From NCBI GenBank assembly GCA_017621635.1, contig JAGASU010000027.1, positions 1 through 45,522 of the forward strand: 45,522 bases of DNA. The letters run 5' to 3'. Source of the DNA: Alphaproteobacteria bacterium. Lineage in GTDB: Bacteria > Pseudomonadota > Alphaproteobacteria > RF32 > CAG-239. The notes beneath the pieces are model-generated. The model saw only the letters and a program-made list of their open reading frames with translations. It did not search any database and was not told the origin of the DNA. This document shows positions 8,942 through 18,126 of the stretch, in pieces. The position numbers and the translations under genes are program-made. How positions within the stretch are numbered: the first letter of the stretch is position 1; every line of letters starts with the position of its first letter.

Positions 8942-11056
8942 ATGGTCAATTGGAATGTGCACCGCAAAGAAATTCAATGGGGCGGTCGCAAATTAGTTTT
9001 AGAAACAGGTAAAATCGCAAAGCAGGCAACAGGTGCCGTTTATGCAAGTTATGGAAATACGGTCGTTGTTGCAACTGTTGTTGCTGCAAAAGAAGCAAAA
9101 GCTGATCAGGATTTTTTCCCTTTAACTGTTAACTATCAGGAAAAATATTATGCAACCGGCAAAATCCCCGGCGGCTTTATGAAACGTGAAGGCAAACCTT
9201 CCGAACGTGAAGTTTTGGTTTCCCGCCTTATTGACCGCCCGATTCGTCCGTTATTTCCTGACGCATTCAAAAATGAAGTTCAAATCGTCTGCACCACAAT
9301 TGCACACGATAAAAAGACAGACTCAGACATTTTAGCAATGATTGCCGCTTCTGCCGCATTAGCAGTTTCCGGCATTCCGTTTTTAGGTCCGATTGGCGCG
9401 GCCAAAGTCGGCTACATCAACGGAGAGTATGTTTTGAACCCGACAGTTGAAGAGTTAAAAAATTCCGAGTTGGAATTAACCGTTGCCGGAACAAGCGAAG
9501 GCGTTTTGATGGTTGAATCCGAAGCCAATGAACTCTCGGAAGAAACAATGTTAAACGCCGTTATGTTCGGTTTTGATAACTTCCAAAGCGTTATCAATAT
9601 GATAAACGAACTCAAAGCCGAAGCCGGCAAAGAGCCGTGGGAATCACCGGTATTTCCGCCGGAGTTTGATGAACTCTACAATCGTATTGAAAAAGAATTT
9701 CGCGCCAAATACGAAGAAGCTTTCAACGAAGTGGACAAACAAAAACGCTCAACCCGTTTAGGCGAATTAAGCGCTGAAGTTAATGCTACTATTGATCCGG
9801 AAAACGAGTTTGAAACCCGTTATGCTTTAGATGCTGTTGAAAAATTAATGCACTCGGTAATGCGTGAAAAAGTATTAACCACCGGCTCGCGTATTGACGG
9901 CCGTGACACCAAAACTGTCCGCCCGATTACCTGTGAAGTTAATTTATTGCCGACAACACACGGCTCTGCCCTGTTCACCCGCGGTGAAACGCAGGCTTTG
10001 GTTGTAACAACCTTAGGCACCGGTGAAGATTCACAAATCATTGACGGTTTAATGGACGAATCACGCCAAGACTTTATGTTAAACTATAACTTCCCGCCGT
10101 TCTCGGTTGGCGAATGTGGCAGATTAGGTTCTCCGGGGCGTCGTGAAATCGGTCACGGTAAACTTGCATGGCGTGCTATTCACCCGATGTTACCGAAAGA
10201 CAAGGCCGAATTTCCTTATACAATCCGCGTTGTTTCGGATATTATGGAATCAAACGGTTCTTCCTCAATGGCAACCGTATGCGGTTCTGTCTTGTCTTTG
10301 ATGGACGCCGGTGTTCCGTTGAAAAAGCCTGTTGCCGGTATTGCTATGGGTTTAATCAAAGAAGACGATGGCAGAGTTGCGATTTTGACTGATATCTTGG
10401 GCGATGAAGACCACCTTGGCGATATGGATTTCAAAGTTGCCGGAACAAAAGACGGCGTAACCGCTTTGCAAATGGATATTAAAATCACCTCCATCACCAA
10501 AGAGATTATGAAAAATGCTTTAGCTCAGGCACACGAGGGACGTATTCACATTTTGGGTGAAATGGCCAAAGCTTTGGCTGAACCTCGTCCGGAAGTTTCG
10601 CCGAACGCGCCGCGCATCATCACAATCAAAATTCCGGTAGACAAGATTCGTGAAGTCATCGGTACCGGTGGTAAGGTTATTCGTGAAATCATCGAAAAAA
10701 CCAACACCAAAATTGATATTGAAGATGACGGAACAGTCAATGTTGCAGCCGTCGACAAGAAAGACGCTGAAGCAGCGCTTGACATCATTAACGGTATCGT
10801 TGCTGTTCCTGAAGAAGGCAAAAACTACCACGGTGTCATCACCAAGATTATGGACTTTGGTGCTTTCGTCCGCTTCTTAGGCTCAACCGAAGGTTTGGTA
10901 CACATTTCTGAAATCAAAAACGAACGTATCGCTTCCGTAACTGATTTCTATAAAGAAGGTGATCAAATCTGGGTTAAATGTATGGGTACGGACAATCGCG
11001 GTAAAATCAGACTTTCCGCCAAACGTGTTAATCAGGAAACCGGTGAAGACGCTTAA
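8942..11056 (+). CDS. pnp: Polyribonucleotide nucleotidyltransferase (PNPase)
   Basis: [25 protein letters not shown] and DMDFKVAG motifs with KH and S1 domains. ATG at 8942 preferred because it follows AGGAAAGG. Confidence 0.98.
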   Translation: MVNWNVHRKEIQWGGRKLVLETGKIAKQATGAVYASYGNTVVVATVVAAKEAKADQDFFPLTVNYQEKYYATGKIPGGFMKREGKPSEREVLVSRLIDRPIRPLFPDAFKNEVQIVCTTIAHDKKTDSDILAMIAASAALAVSGIPFLGPIGAAKVGYINGEYVLNPTVEELKNSELELTVAGTSEGVLMVESEANELSEETMLNAVMFGFDNFQSVINMINELKAEAGKEPWESPVFPPEFDELYNRIEKEFRAKYEEAFNEVDKQKRSTRLGELSAEVNATIDPENEFETRYALDAVEKLMHSVMREKVLTTGSRIDGRDTKTVRPITCEVNLLPTTHGSALFTRGETQALVVTTLGTGEDSQIIDGLMDESRQDFMLNYNFPPFSVGECGRLGSPGRREIGHGKLAWRAIHPMLPKDKAEFPYTIRVVSDIMESNGSSSMATVCGSVLSLMDAGVPLKKPVAGIAMGLIKEDDGRVAILTDILGDEDHLGDMDFKVAGTKDGVTALQMDIKITSITKEIMKNALAQAHEGRIHILGEMAKALAEPRPEVSPNAPRIITIKIPVDKIREVIGTGGKVIREIIEKTNTKIDIEDDGTVNVAAVDKKDAEAALDIINGIVAVPEEGKNYHGVITKIMDFGAFVRFLGSTEGLVHISEIKNERIASVTDFYKEGDQIWVKCMGTDNRGKIRLSAKRVNQETGEDA

Positions 11057-11073
11057 GTCTTAAGCCTTTAAAC

Positions 11074-11112
11074 AAAAAAATAGTGTCTGTTTTAGCAGAC
11101 ACTATTTTTTTT
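11074..11112. terminator. Bidirectional terminator after pnp
   Basis: AAAAAAATAGTGTCTG...CAGACACTATTTTTTT hairpin. Confidence 0.85.
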
Positions 11113-11251
11113 ACTTTCCGTACAGCATACGCATGTATTCAAAAAGAACAATCGCACAAAGCAAAACCCCGACGAGCCAATACCCGCAACATAGCGCAAT
11201 AACTGCAACTAAGAGCAAAACAACAACTGCTCCGAAATACTTTTCAATCAT
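11111..11251 (-). CDS. 46-aa small membrane protein (below ORF-track cutoff)
   Basis: MIEKYFGAVVVLLLVAVIALCCGYWLVGVLLCAIVLFEYMRMLYGK*. Preceded by a TTGACA-17-TATCTT promoter (11319-11291) and ends at the pnp terminator. Confidence 0.6.
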   Translation of the reverse strand: MIEKYFGAVVVLLLVAVIALCCGYWLVGVLLCAIVLFEYMRMLYGK

Positions 11252-11348
11252 AACGCAAATTATTAAATTAATAATATTCTAAACGTCATCAAGATAGCAT
11301 TTAAAAGAAGCTCTGTCAATTATTTAGTTCGGAGTTTTATAAAATTTC

Positions 11349-11507
11349 GCTGATAAAAAACGATCCTTTTTTCTACACAACTATAATACCACAAAGTTAA
11401 AAATAAGTAAACTTAAAAATCATTTAAATACATAGACCTACTCCCAATCCTCTGTAAAACCGAAGCTCTCCTTACCTGCTGAAAAAAAAGGATCGTTTAT
11501 TTTCAGC
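11349..11507. promoter_or_regulatory. Candidate invertible promoter (inverton), currently facing away from the gene at 11522
   Basis: Inverted repeats at 11349-11372 and 11484-11507 (22/24 match; perfect 15-bp core AAACGATCCTTTTTT) enclose 111 bp containing a minus-strand TTTACT-17-TATTAT promoter. Confidence 0.7.
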
Positions 11508-11521
11508 AGAAAGGAAAACCC

Positions 11522-12205
11522 ATGAGCTATAAAATTTCACAACAAGATATTGACACCATAAAAACTAATGGTACACCCGTTGTCAGCGGAACAATGAGAT
11601 ATGTTATCCCGCTTGATAAATTGTCTAATAAATTTGATTTTATTAACCCCAAAGACGCCGGCACCGAATGGGGAAACCAAAGCCTAAAAGGTGACGGAAA
11701 CGATATTTTACTACTAAACGGCTTAACCCCCGAACAAATAGAAAAAATTGAAACCTATGCCGCCAAATTTGAGCAAGAAAAACAAAAACCAATCTCTGAT
11801 ATGCACTTAGTCGAATTAAAGCAATTTATGTCCTACCTGTCAAAAAACGGCTTTAATGATGTCTATTGTTCCGATAAACAATATATGGAAACATCATTAA
11901 CCGCAAATGATTCAAACAAGCGTATCGGCCTCTACGCCCGTAACAAAGACGCTGTCTGCCGCGCCGCAGTCCTTCCATTAGGCACGGTTTATAGTGACGG
12001 TCAAAAAGAGCAGATAGCAAATGTTGAAGGTGCTTTACTGATTGTTCCCGAATCCGGCCGTCAAGAAGACATTCGTATTACCAATGTCCCAGAAGATTAT
12101 GCACCCCTATCAGGCAAAGACCAAATAACCTCGTTGATTCACTTAAAAGCTGATGCGTCTAAACACCAAACAGCTCAGTTTGCAAAGCAAAATGACGGCA
12201 GATAA
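11522..12205 (+). CDS. Hypothetical protein downstream of the invertible segment
   Basis: 227-aa ORF with RBS AAAGGA and no signal peptide; ends ...KQNDGR; followed by a terminator. Confidence 0.8.
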   Translation: MSYKISQQDIDTIKTNGTPVVSGTMRYVIPLDKLSNKFDFINPKDAGTEWGNQSLKGDGNDILLLNGLTPEQIEKIETYAAKFEQEKQKPISDMHLVELKQFMSYLSKNGFNDVYCSDKQYMETSLTANDSNKRIGLYARNKDAVCRAAVLPLGTVYSDGQKEQIANVEGALLIVPESGRQEDIRITNVPEDYAPLSGKDQITSLIHLKADASKHQTAQFAKQNDGR

Positions 12206-12227
12206 AACAGCACTCACGTTAATATCA

Positions 12228-12256
12228 AAAAAGCGGCAGAGTTTCTGCCGCTTTTT
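12228..12256. terminator. Bidirectional terminator
   Basis: AAAAAGCGGCAGA-gtt-TCTGCCGCTTTTT between convergent genes. Confidence 0.85.
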
Positions 12257-12275
12257 ATTTCAATCATCGGTAAAA

Positions 12276-13355
12276 CTAAATTTCGCCGACATACATACCC
12301 ATATCAACCGCGGCACGAACATAAACGCTGTCTTTATTAAGCATTGTCGTTCCTTCGGCAACAACTTCTTCTAACGGATAAGTATCAATTTTATCACCAT
12401 TTAAGGCTACCATAACATCTGTCTTGCCTTCTTTAAGAAGCTCAACCGCCTTTGCACCGAAAGCACAAGCCAAAGCTCTGTCAAACGCTGTCGGATCACC
12501 GGCACGCTGAACGTGACCGAGTTTGGTAACGCGGGTCTGGAAACCGGAATATTTTTGGTTAATAGCTGCACTCAAATATTCGCCGATACCACCGTTAATC
12601 TTCTCACCGATAAGGTTTTTGCTATTAGAAACCATCTCACCCGATTCGGTATGAACCCCCTCGGAAACTACAATCACCGCATGATTTCTGCCACGAGCCT
12701 TAATGCTTTTTAATTTATTGATAATCCCGTCAATCGTATAAGGAATTTCAGGAACCAAGCATACATCGGCAAAACCGGCAACAGCTGAGTGCATAGCCAA
12801 ATGTCCGGCATCACGTCCCATAACTTCCAAAATCAAAGCGCGCTGATGCGAACGCGCTGTCTTCCACAAAGCGTCAACCGCTTCAACACAAACCTGACAA
12901 GCCGAATTAAAGCCGACCGAATATTGTGTAAGCGGCGTGTCGTTATCAATCGTCTTCGGAATACCGACCATCTTAACGCCCGCATTGCGGCAATAATTGC
13001 TGACAATGTTCATGCTGCCGTCACCACCGACAACAACGACGGCGTCCAACCCTAACTCAGCAACACCTTTGCCGAACCGTTTGGAAATTTCTGCCTGCGA
13101 TTCCATCTTAACCCCCTTATTTAAAGAGCCTAAATAAGAACCGGCAATCCGCGGCCATGGCGTGTCAACAAAATTGCTCTCGGTTAAAATCTCATAAGAC
13201 AGCGGGGCCTCGGTCAAGCCGTCTGTTCCGTTATGAATACCATAAACTTCCCATCCGTACTTTGCAGCGGAACTAACCACCGAAGAAACCACGGCATTTA
13301 AGCCGGCGCAATCGCCACCGCTTGTCAAAATACCGATTTTTTTAATTTTCGTCAT
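12276..13355 (-). CDS. pfkA: 6-phosphofructokinase (probably ATP-dependent)
   Basis: TSGGDCAGLN, GGDGS, PKTIDND, EVMGRDAG and LGHVQRAG motifs. Confidence 0.93.
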   Translation of the reverse strand: MTKIKKIGILTSGGDCAGLNAVVSSVVSSAAKYGWEVYGIHNGTDGLTEAPLSYEILTESNFVDTPWPRIAGSYLGSLNKGVKMESQAEISKRFGKGVAELGLDAVVVVGGDGSMNIVSNYCRNAGVKMVGIPKTIDNDTPLTQYSVGFNSACQVCVEAVDALWKTARSHQRALILEVMGRDAGHLAMHSAVAGFADVCLVPEIPYTIDGIINKLKSIKARGRNHAVIVVSEGVHTESGEMVSNSKNLIGEKINGGIGEYLSAAINQKYSGFQTRVTKLGHVQRAGDPTAFDRALACAFGAKAVELLKEGKTDVMVALNGDKIDTYPLEEVVAEGTTMLNKDSVYVRAAVDMGMYVGEI

Positions 13356-13561
13356 ACTCTAATCCTTGCATTATAATTCAGACCATTTTTTAGCATAGAT
13401 ACCTGATAATTTAAATATTGCCAGCAGAATTTTATTTTTTTTCACTAATTTTTACTTTCCGCTGTGAAAAAAACTTGATTTTTAACAAAAAATAGGGTAT
13501 ACTGCCGTCAAATAATGAGAATCGCATTTATTGCGCTCAAACACTTTTTTCGGAGACAAAA

Positions 13562-13774
13562 ATGGCTAATTCAAATTCTTTCAATAAACTTCAAGTTCAG
13601 CTTTGCGAATTAAAACTTGAAGAAAGAAGAGTCAAATCAGATATAACCAAACTGGTAAAAAACCAACAGATGATTGATTTTTACCAAGCTCAGCAATTAA
13701 ACAAATTAAAAACCTCCGTTAAAAGCAAAATCCAAAAAATAGAAACCTTAATTAACCCTAATATTATCGCATAA
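13562..13774 (+). CDS. DUF465/YdcH-like small coiled-coil protein
   Basis: 70 aa, helical, with C-terminal INPNIIA matching the alphaproteobacterial DUF465 ...PDIIA ending. Confidence 0.65.
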   Translation: MANSNSFNKLQVQLCELKLEERRVKSDITKLVKNQQMIDFYQAQQLNKLKTSVKSKIQKIETLINPNIIA

Positions 13775-13819
13775 TCTGCCACTTCAAGATACACCGGCGC
13801 AAATTTGTGGGCTAAAAAA

Positions 13820-14974
13820 ATGAAAAACAGCAAATACACTTTCCCTCTCCTCGTGATATTTGCTGTTTTCATTTTATGCGCTGTTTCCTATATTCTGTTT
13901 ATCTATAAAACCGACTATCTGAAAATCTTTGTCGTATACTACAAACCGGCACCAATAATAAAAACAGAAATTTTCGAACCCCTGCAAGGCGGCAGAAAAA
14001 TTGTCAACACCCCCTCTCGCCGAGGGACCTTCACTCAAGATGAAATCACTTGGTTAAAGGATAATATGATAGGCGACGACACCGGCGACAATATTTCCGA
14101 ATTAAACCGTAACTTTGCCGAAATCACCGCCCTTTACTGGATTTGGAAAAACACCTCGTCCCCCTATGTCGGGATGTTTCACTACCGCCGTTTTTTAAGT
14201 ATCAACGCTAATGCACATTACCCGATGGTAAATTTCCCTTCAATGCGCTTTCGCACACTCGGCTTAAAACACTTGGAAAGCTTCTCAAAAGAATTTTTAC
14301 ATGACCTTGAACTTGAAAAAAAATATATTCTCCCGTGGTTTGCCACGCATGATATTTTGGTTTCCGAACCGATTAAGCTTAACGCCTATGAGCAATACCA
14401 AAAAGAACACGTCATCTCAGACTTAAACAAAGCCTTAGATATTATCAAACAAAAATACCCCGAGATGCACGCCTTTGCCCTGCAAACCCTCAATAGTCAG
14501 AACGGCTTTTACCCGACCAATATGTTTATCACCCGTCGTGACGTACTAAACAGATATGCCTCTTGGCTGTTCAGTATTCTCCTACCGCTTTATGATGAGA
14601 TAAAAGAAAAGGTTAATGCCCGCGATACCGAACAAAAATTAGCCTTTGCCTATCTCTCGGAACGTTTGTTCACGGTTTATCTGCGTTATGAGCAACAAAC
14701 CCACGGCTTGCGCATTAAAGAATTTCCTTTTGCCCTGGCCTCAAACTTTTTCACCCCGCCGGCCGATATGCCTTATATTATCTTAAAAACGCCCGAATGG
14801 GAAGACGTATTTATCGCCCAGTCAGAAAATCGGATCTGCAGTTTTAATAACAAATTTAAAAATTGTGCCAAGTTCAAAATCGCCCCCAATGGCCGCTTAA
14901 AAGCAGTTTGGGATAACGGCGGCACATCCTTTTTTAAACACAACGCCGACAATACGTTCGAACTTGAAAAATAA
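13820..14974 (+). CDS. DUF4422 domain protein (putative glycosyltransferase, surface polysaccharide)
   Basis: N-terminal TM anchor; DDTGDNISELN..AEITALYWIWKN, VGMFHYRR, NMFI and YLSERL motifs. Confidence 0.8.
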   Translation: MKNSKYTFPLLVIFAVFILCAVSYILFIYKTDYLKIFVVYYKPAPIIKTEIFEPLQGGRKIVNTPSRRGTFTQDEITWLKDNMIGDDTGDNISELNRNFAEITALYWIWKNTSSPYVGMFHYRRFLSINANAHYPMVNFPSMRFRTLGLKHLESFSKEFLHDLELEKKYILPWFATHDILVSEPIKLNAYEQYQKEHVISDLNKALDIIKQKYPEMHAFALQTLNSQNGFYPTNMFITRRDVLNRYASWLFSILLPLYDEIKEKVNARDTEQKLAFAYLSERLFTVYLRYEQQTHGLRIKEFPFALASNFFTPPADMPYIILKTPEWEDVFIAQSENRICSFNNKFKNCAKFKIAPNGRLKAVWDNGGTSFFKHNADNTFELEK

Positions 14975-15075
14975 GTAAAAAATTATTATTTTTTTCATCA
15001 AATTAACCGAACATAAATAAACCGCCGCATAAAATAACAAAAATTTTGTTTTAATCCTTATCTGACGGAAGAAAA

Positions 15076-17025
15076 ATGCACGCAATACACTCGCTTATTG
15101 TTGACTTAACGCTGATTACAATTTATGCCGGACTAACCACCTTACTCTGCAAAAAACTAAAACAACCGATTGTTTTAGGCTACGTCTTAGCCGGTATTTT
15201 TGCCGGCCCCTATTTTAATTTTCTTCCGACCGTCAGCGACAAAGAAGACCTCACTTTGTGGGCGGATATCGGCGTTATTTTCCTTCTCTTCGGCTTAGGA
15301 CTTGAATTTAGTTTCAAAAAAATGCTAAACGTCGGCAAAGCTGCAATGATTACCGCCAACGCCAACATTATTTTTATGCTCTTTTTAGGCTACAACACCG
15401 GACTTTTACTCGGCTGGTCTACCATGGACAGTTTTTTCTTAGGCTCAATGATTTCTATGTCCTCCACCACCATCATCATCAAAACCTTTAATGAGCTTAA
15501 CATCAAAAAACAACGTTTCACTGACTTGGTGTTCGGCGTCCTAATTGTTGAAGATTTAATGGGAATCTTGCTCTTGGTTCTCCTCCCGACTATTGCCATG
15601 GGTTCCACCATTAACGGTACCGAGCTGGCCTTAAGTACGTTAAAACTCATATTTTTCTTAATTCTTTGTTTTATCACCGGCATTTATCTCGTCCCCACCT
15701 TTCTAAATAAAGTCGAAAAACTCTTAAGCGATGAAATGCTGTTGCTCATCACCATCAGCCTCTGCTTCGGTATGGTTCTTCTAGCCACTTCCTCAGGCTT
15801 TTCTTCTGCTTTGGGCGCATTCATTATGGGCTCGATTTTAGCAGAAACTTCCCTAATCGAACGTATAGAAAAGAATTTAAAACCGCTAAAAGACTTCTTT
15901 GGTGCCGTTTTCTTCGTTTCCGTCGGTATGATGGTTGACCCAGCCATGTTCATTACCTACGCCAAACCTATATGCATTATTACCATCATCGTCATTCTTG
16001 GTATGGTAACTTTCTCAACATTAGGCTTCACAGCCTCTGGAGAAACGTTAAAAACATCCGTTTATGGTGCATTTTCTTTAGCCCAAGTCGGCGAATTTGC
16101 TTTTATTATCGCCTCACTCGGTATGAGCTTAGGCGTTTTAAGCCCTAAAGTTTATCCGATAATCGTTGCCGTTTCGGTTATCACCACCTTTTTAACCCCG
16201 CTCATGATAAAATCAGCCGATCCGGCTTATAAATACCTTAACAAAAAACTTCCCGAATCTTGGCTGACATACATTAACAAATACGCCTCCTCCGCCACAA
16301 TAACCCATAACGAGGAACGCTTATGGAGCGCCTTATTTAAGAGTTATCTCTTGCGCTTAACGCTCTTTTCAATTATTCTTTACAGCATCATTGCTTTTTC
16401 AACAGCTATTCGCCCGTTTGTCCGCCAAATTATTCCCTACCGAATTTTAGCTAATATCCTGATGACTTTCTTAACATTTTTACTAATGTCCCCTTTCTTA
16501 AAAGCTCTCATCGGTTGGAATATCATCACTTCAAAATTCATAAAAACCAAACTGCACTGGTTGTTTCCCAAAAAACAAACCGATGAGCTTGAATTGGCAC
16601 GTACCTGCGAAAAAGAAAGCCACCATCCGGACACTGCAAATGCCCTCAAAACGGCTGCCTGTGCTGTTTTGGATGAAAAGACGCTACGCCTGCGCAACTT
16701 TTTCGCCGAAAAAAACCAAGTTTCCAGAATTTACTATAAACTCTGGATGGCCAAAAAAGCAAACCGCCTGCCGCTGATTATTTTAACCAGTTTCAGAATA
16801 CTTGTGTCATCTTTCTTCATCGTTACGGTTGTTCACAAATTTTTAAGCGAAAACCCGAAATTGACCTTTATCCTCTTACTGTTAACAATCTTTTCGGTTT
16901 CTCGATCCCGTTGGTTATTAGATCAATACTTAAAAATTGAAACGCAGTTCTTAAACAATCTCAAAGGACGCACCCCTTCTAACCCCGACAATGAAGAAAA
17001 AACGCCACCTACATCTCCGGCATAA
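15076..17025 (+). CDS. CPA2-family cation:proton antiporter
   Basis: Multiple TM helices; QPIVLGY, GLGLEFS, SMSSTTII, LIVED and AQVGEFAFII motifs. Confidence 0.9.
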   Translation: MHAIHSLIVDLTLITIYAGLTTLLCKKLKQPIVLGYVLAGIFAGPYFNFLPTVSDKEDLTLWADIGVIFLLFGLGLEFSFKKMLNVGKAAMITANANIIFMLFLGYNTGLLLGWSTMDSFFLGSMISMSSTTIIIKTFNELNIKKQRFTDLVFGVLIVEDLMGILLLVLLPTIAMGSTINGTELALSTLKLIFFLILCFITGIYLVPTFLNKVEKLLSDEMLLLITISLCFGMVLLATSSGFSSALGAFIMGSILAETSLIERIEKNLKPLKDFFGAVFFVSVGMMVDPAMFITYAKPICIITIIVILGMVTFSTLGFTASGETLKTSVYGAFSLAQVGEFAFIIASLGMSLGVLSPKVYPIIVAVSVITTFLTPLMIKSADPAYKYLNKKLPESWLTYINKYASSATITHNEERLWSALFKSYLLRLTLFSIILYSIIAFSTAIRPFVRQIIPYRILANILMTFLTFLLMSPFLKALIGWNIITSKFIKTKLHWLFPKKQTDELELARTCEKESHHPDTANALKTAACAVLDEKTLRLRNFFAEKNQVSRIYYKLWMAKKANRLPLIILTSFRILVSSFFIVTVVHKFLSENPKLTFILLLLTIFSVSRSRWLLDQYLKIETQFLNNLKGRTPSNPDNEEKTPPTSPA

Positions 17026-17629
17026 TTTCCGGCTCAAGTTTATGCTTGACGATATAACGGGAAAGAGTCAGTCTGTCAACCCGAAGCACACGCGCAATTT
17101 CTGATTTTGAAACATTGTCTACACGCATAGAGGTAATCTGTCGCTCTTTTCCGGCTAACTTTAAATGGCTGTTACGCCGTCCTTTGGGACGCCCCAAAAC
17201 CCGTCCCTCGGATTTTAGGCGCAGCAACGCCTCTTTTGTCCTCTGTGAAATAAGATTACGTTCAATCTCTGCCGACAATCCGAAAGCAAAAGCCAAAACC
17301 TTAGACTGAATATCCGTTCCCAAACGATAATTATCCTTAATCGTCCATACTTGAACCCCGTTTGACATGCAATAATGCAAAATACTCATAACCTGCAATA
17401 AATTACGCCCCAAACGTGAAAGCTCGGAAGCAATCAAAATATCGCCGTCCTTTAATTTTTTCAAAAGTTTTCCCAGTTTGCGCTTTTCCAGCTCTTTTGT
17501 CGCACTGATAGTTTCCATAATCCACTTTTCAATAATCATCTTATTATTAAAAGCATACGCTTTGATTTCAAAACGCTGATTTTCCGTTGTTTGCTTATCC
17601 GTACTAACTCTGATATATCCATAAATCAT
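17009..17629 (-). CDS. mpi: Mpi-family (master DNA invertase-like) serine recombinase
   Basis: Catalytic MIYGYIRVSTDKQT, SELSRLGR, the Mpi-typical WTIKDNYRLG.DIQSKVLAFAFGLSAEIERNLISQRTKEAL block and a C-terminal HTH. Confidence 0.85.
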   Translation of the reverse strand: MIYGYIRVSTDKQTTENQRFEIKAYAFNNKMIIEKWIMETISATKELEKRKLGKLLKKLKDGDILIASELSRLGRNLLQVMSILHYCMSNGVQVWTIKDNYRLGTDIQSKVLAFAFGLSAEIERNLISQRTKEALLRLKSEGRVLGRPKGRRNSHLKLAGKERQITSMRVDNVSKSEIARVLRVDRLTLSRYIVKHKLEPEIMPEM

Positions 17630-17757
17630 AATATAGTCCTTTCTTTTCTGAATTTACGTTCAAAAGAACTATGTCATTTTTTGAATAAACACACGTATAA
17701 AAAAATTACAAACAGGACTAATAAAAAACAGGCCCCGTGACCGGAGCCTCCAACAAT

Positions 17758-18063
17758 CTAATTCGCTGTTCCGAAATTCCTTAGGTTCTGAATAATGGAT
17801 TGCGCCGCAGATTGCGATTCTTCGCTAATTCCTGCCGACTGCAAAGCTAGCTTGCGCAAACAAATGCTGACCAACTCGTCAGATGTGGCACTCAGCCCTT
17901 GAACAAATAACGTTCCCGCCTGAAATTTGGCCGTTGCTTCGCTAATCAAACAAGCCCTCATCCTCGTTTTCATTGAAGCATTAGCATCAACAGTCGTATA
18001 ACGGGAGGTATCCGCGCACCCTGCCATCAACGTCAAAACCATACAACACAAAATCTTTTTCAT
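17758..18063 (-). CDS. Hypothetical lipoprotein
   Basis: MKK-hydrophobic-LMAGC lipobox; RBS AGGAGA. Confidence 0.75.
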   Translation of the reverse strand: MKKILCCMVLTLMAGCADTSRYTTVDANASMKTRMRACLISEATAKFQAGTLFVQGLSATSDELVSICLRKLALQSAGISEESQSAAQSIIQNLRNFGTAN

Positions 18064-18126
18064 CTCAAGTCTCCTTTAATCTGCTCATACTTCCCGTAGC
18101 ATAACGGCATAATGTTAACAACAGCT

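Noticed and set aside
9412-10880. Multiple antisense or alternative-frame ORFs within pnp (similarly in cckA, ychF, asmA, trxB, rplU)
   Set aside because: Shadow ORFs of well-supported housekeeping genes, with no independent signals.
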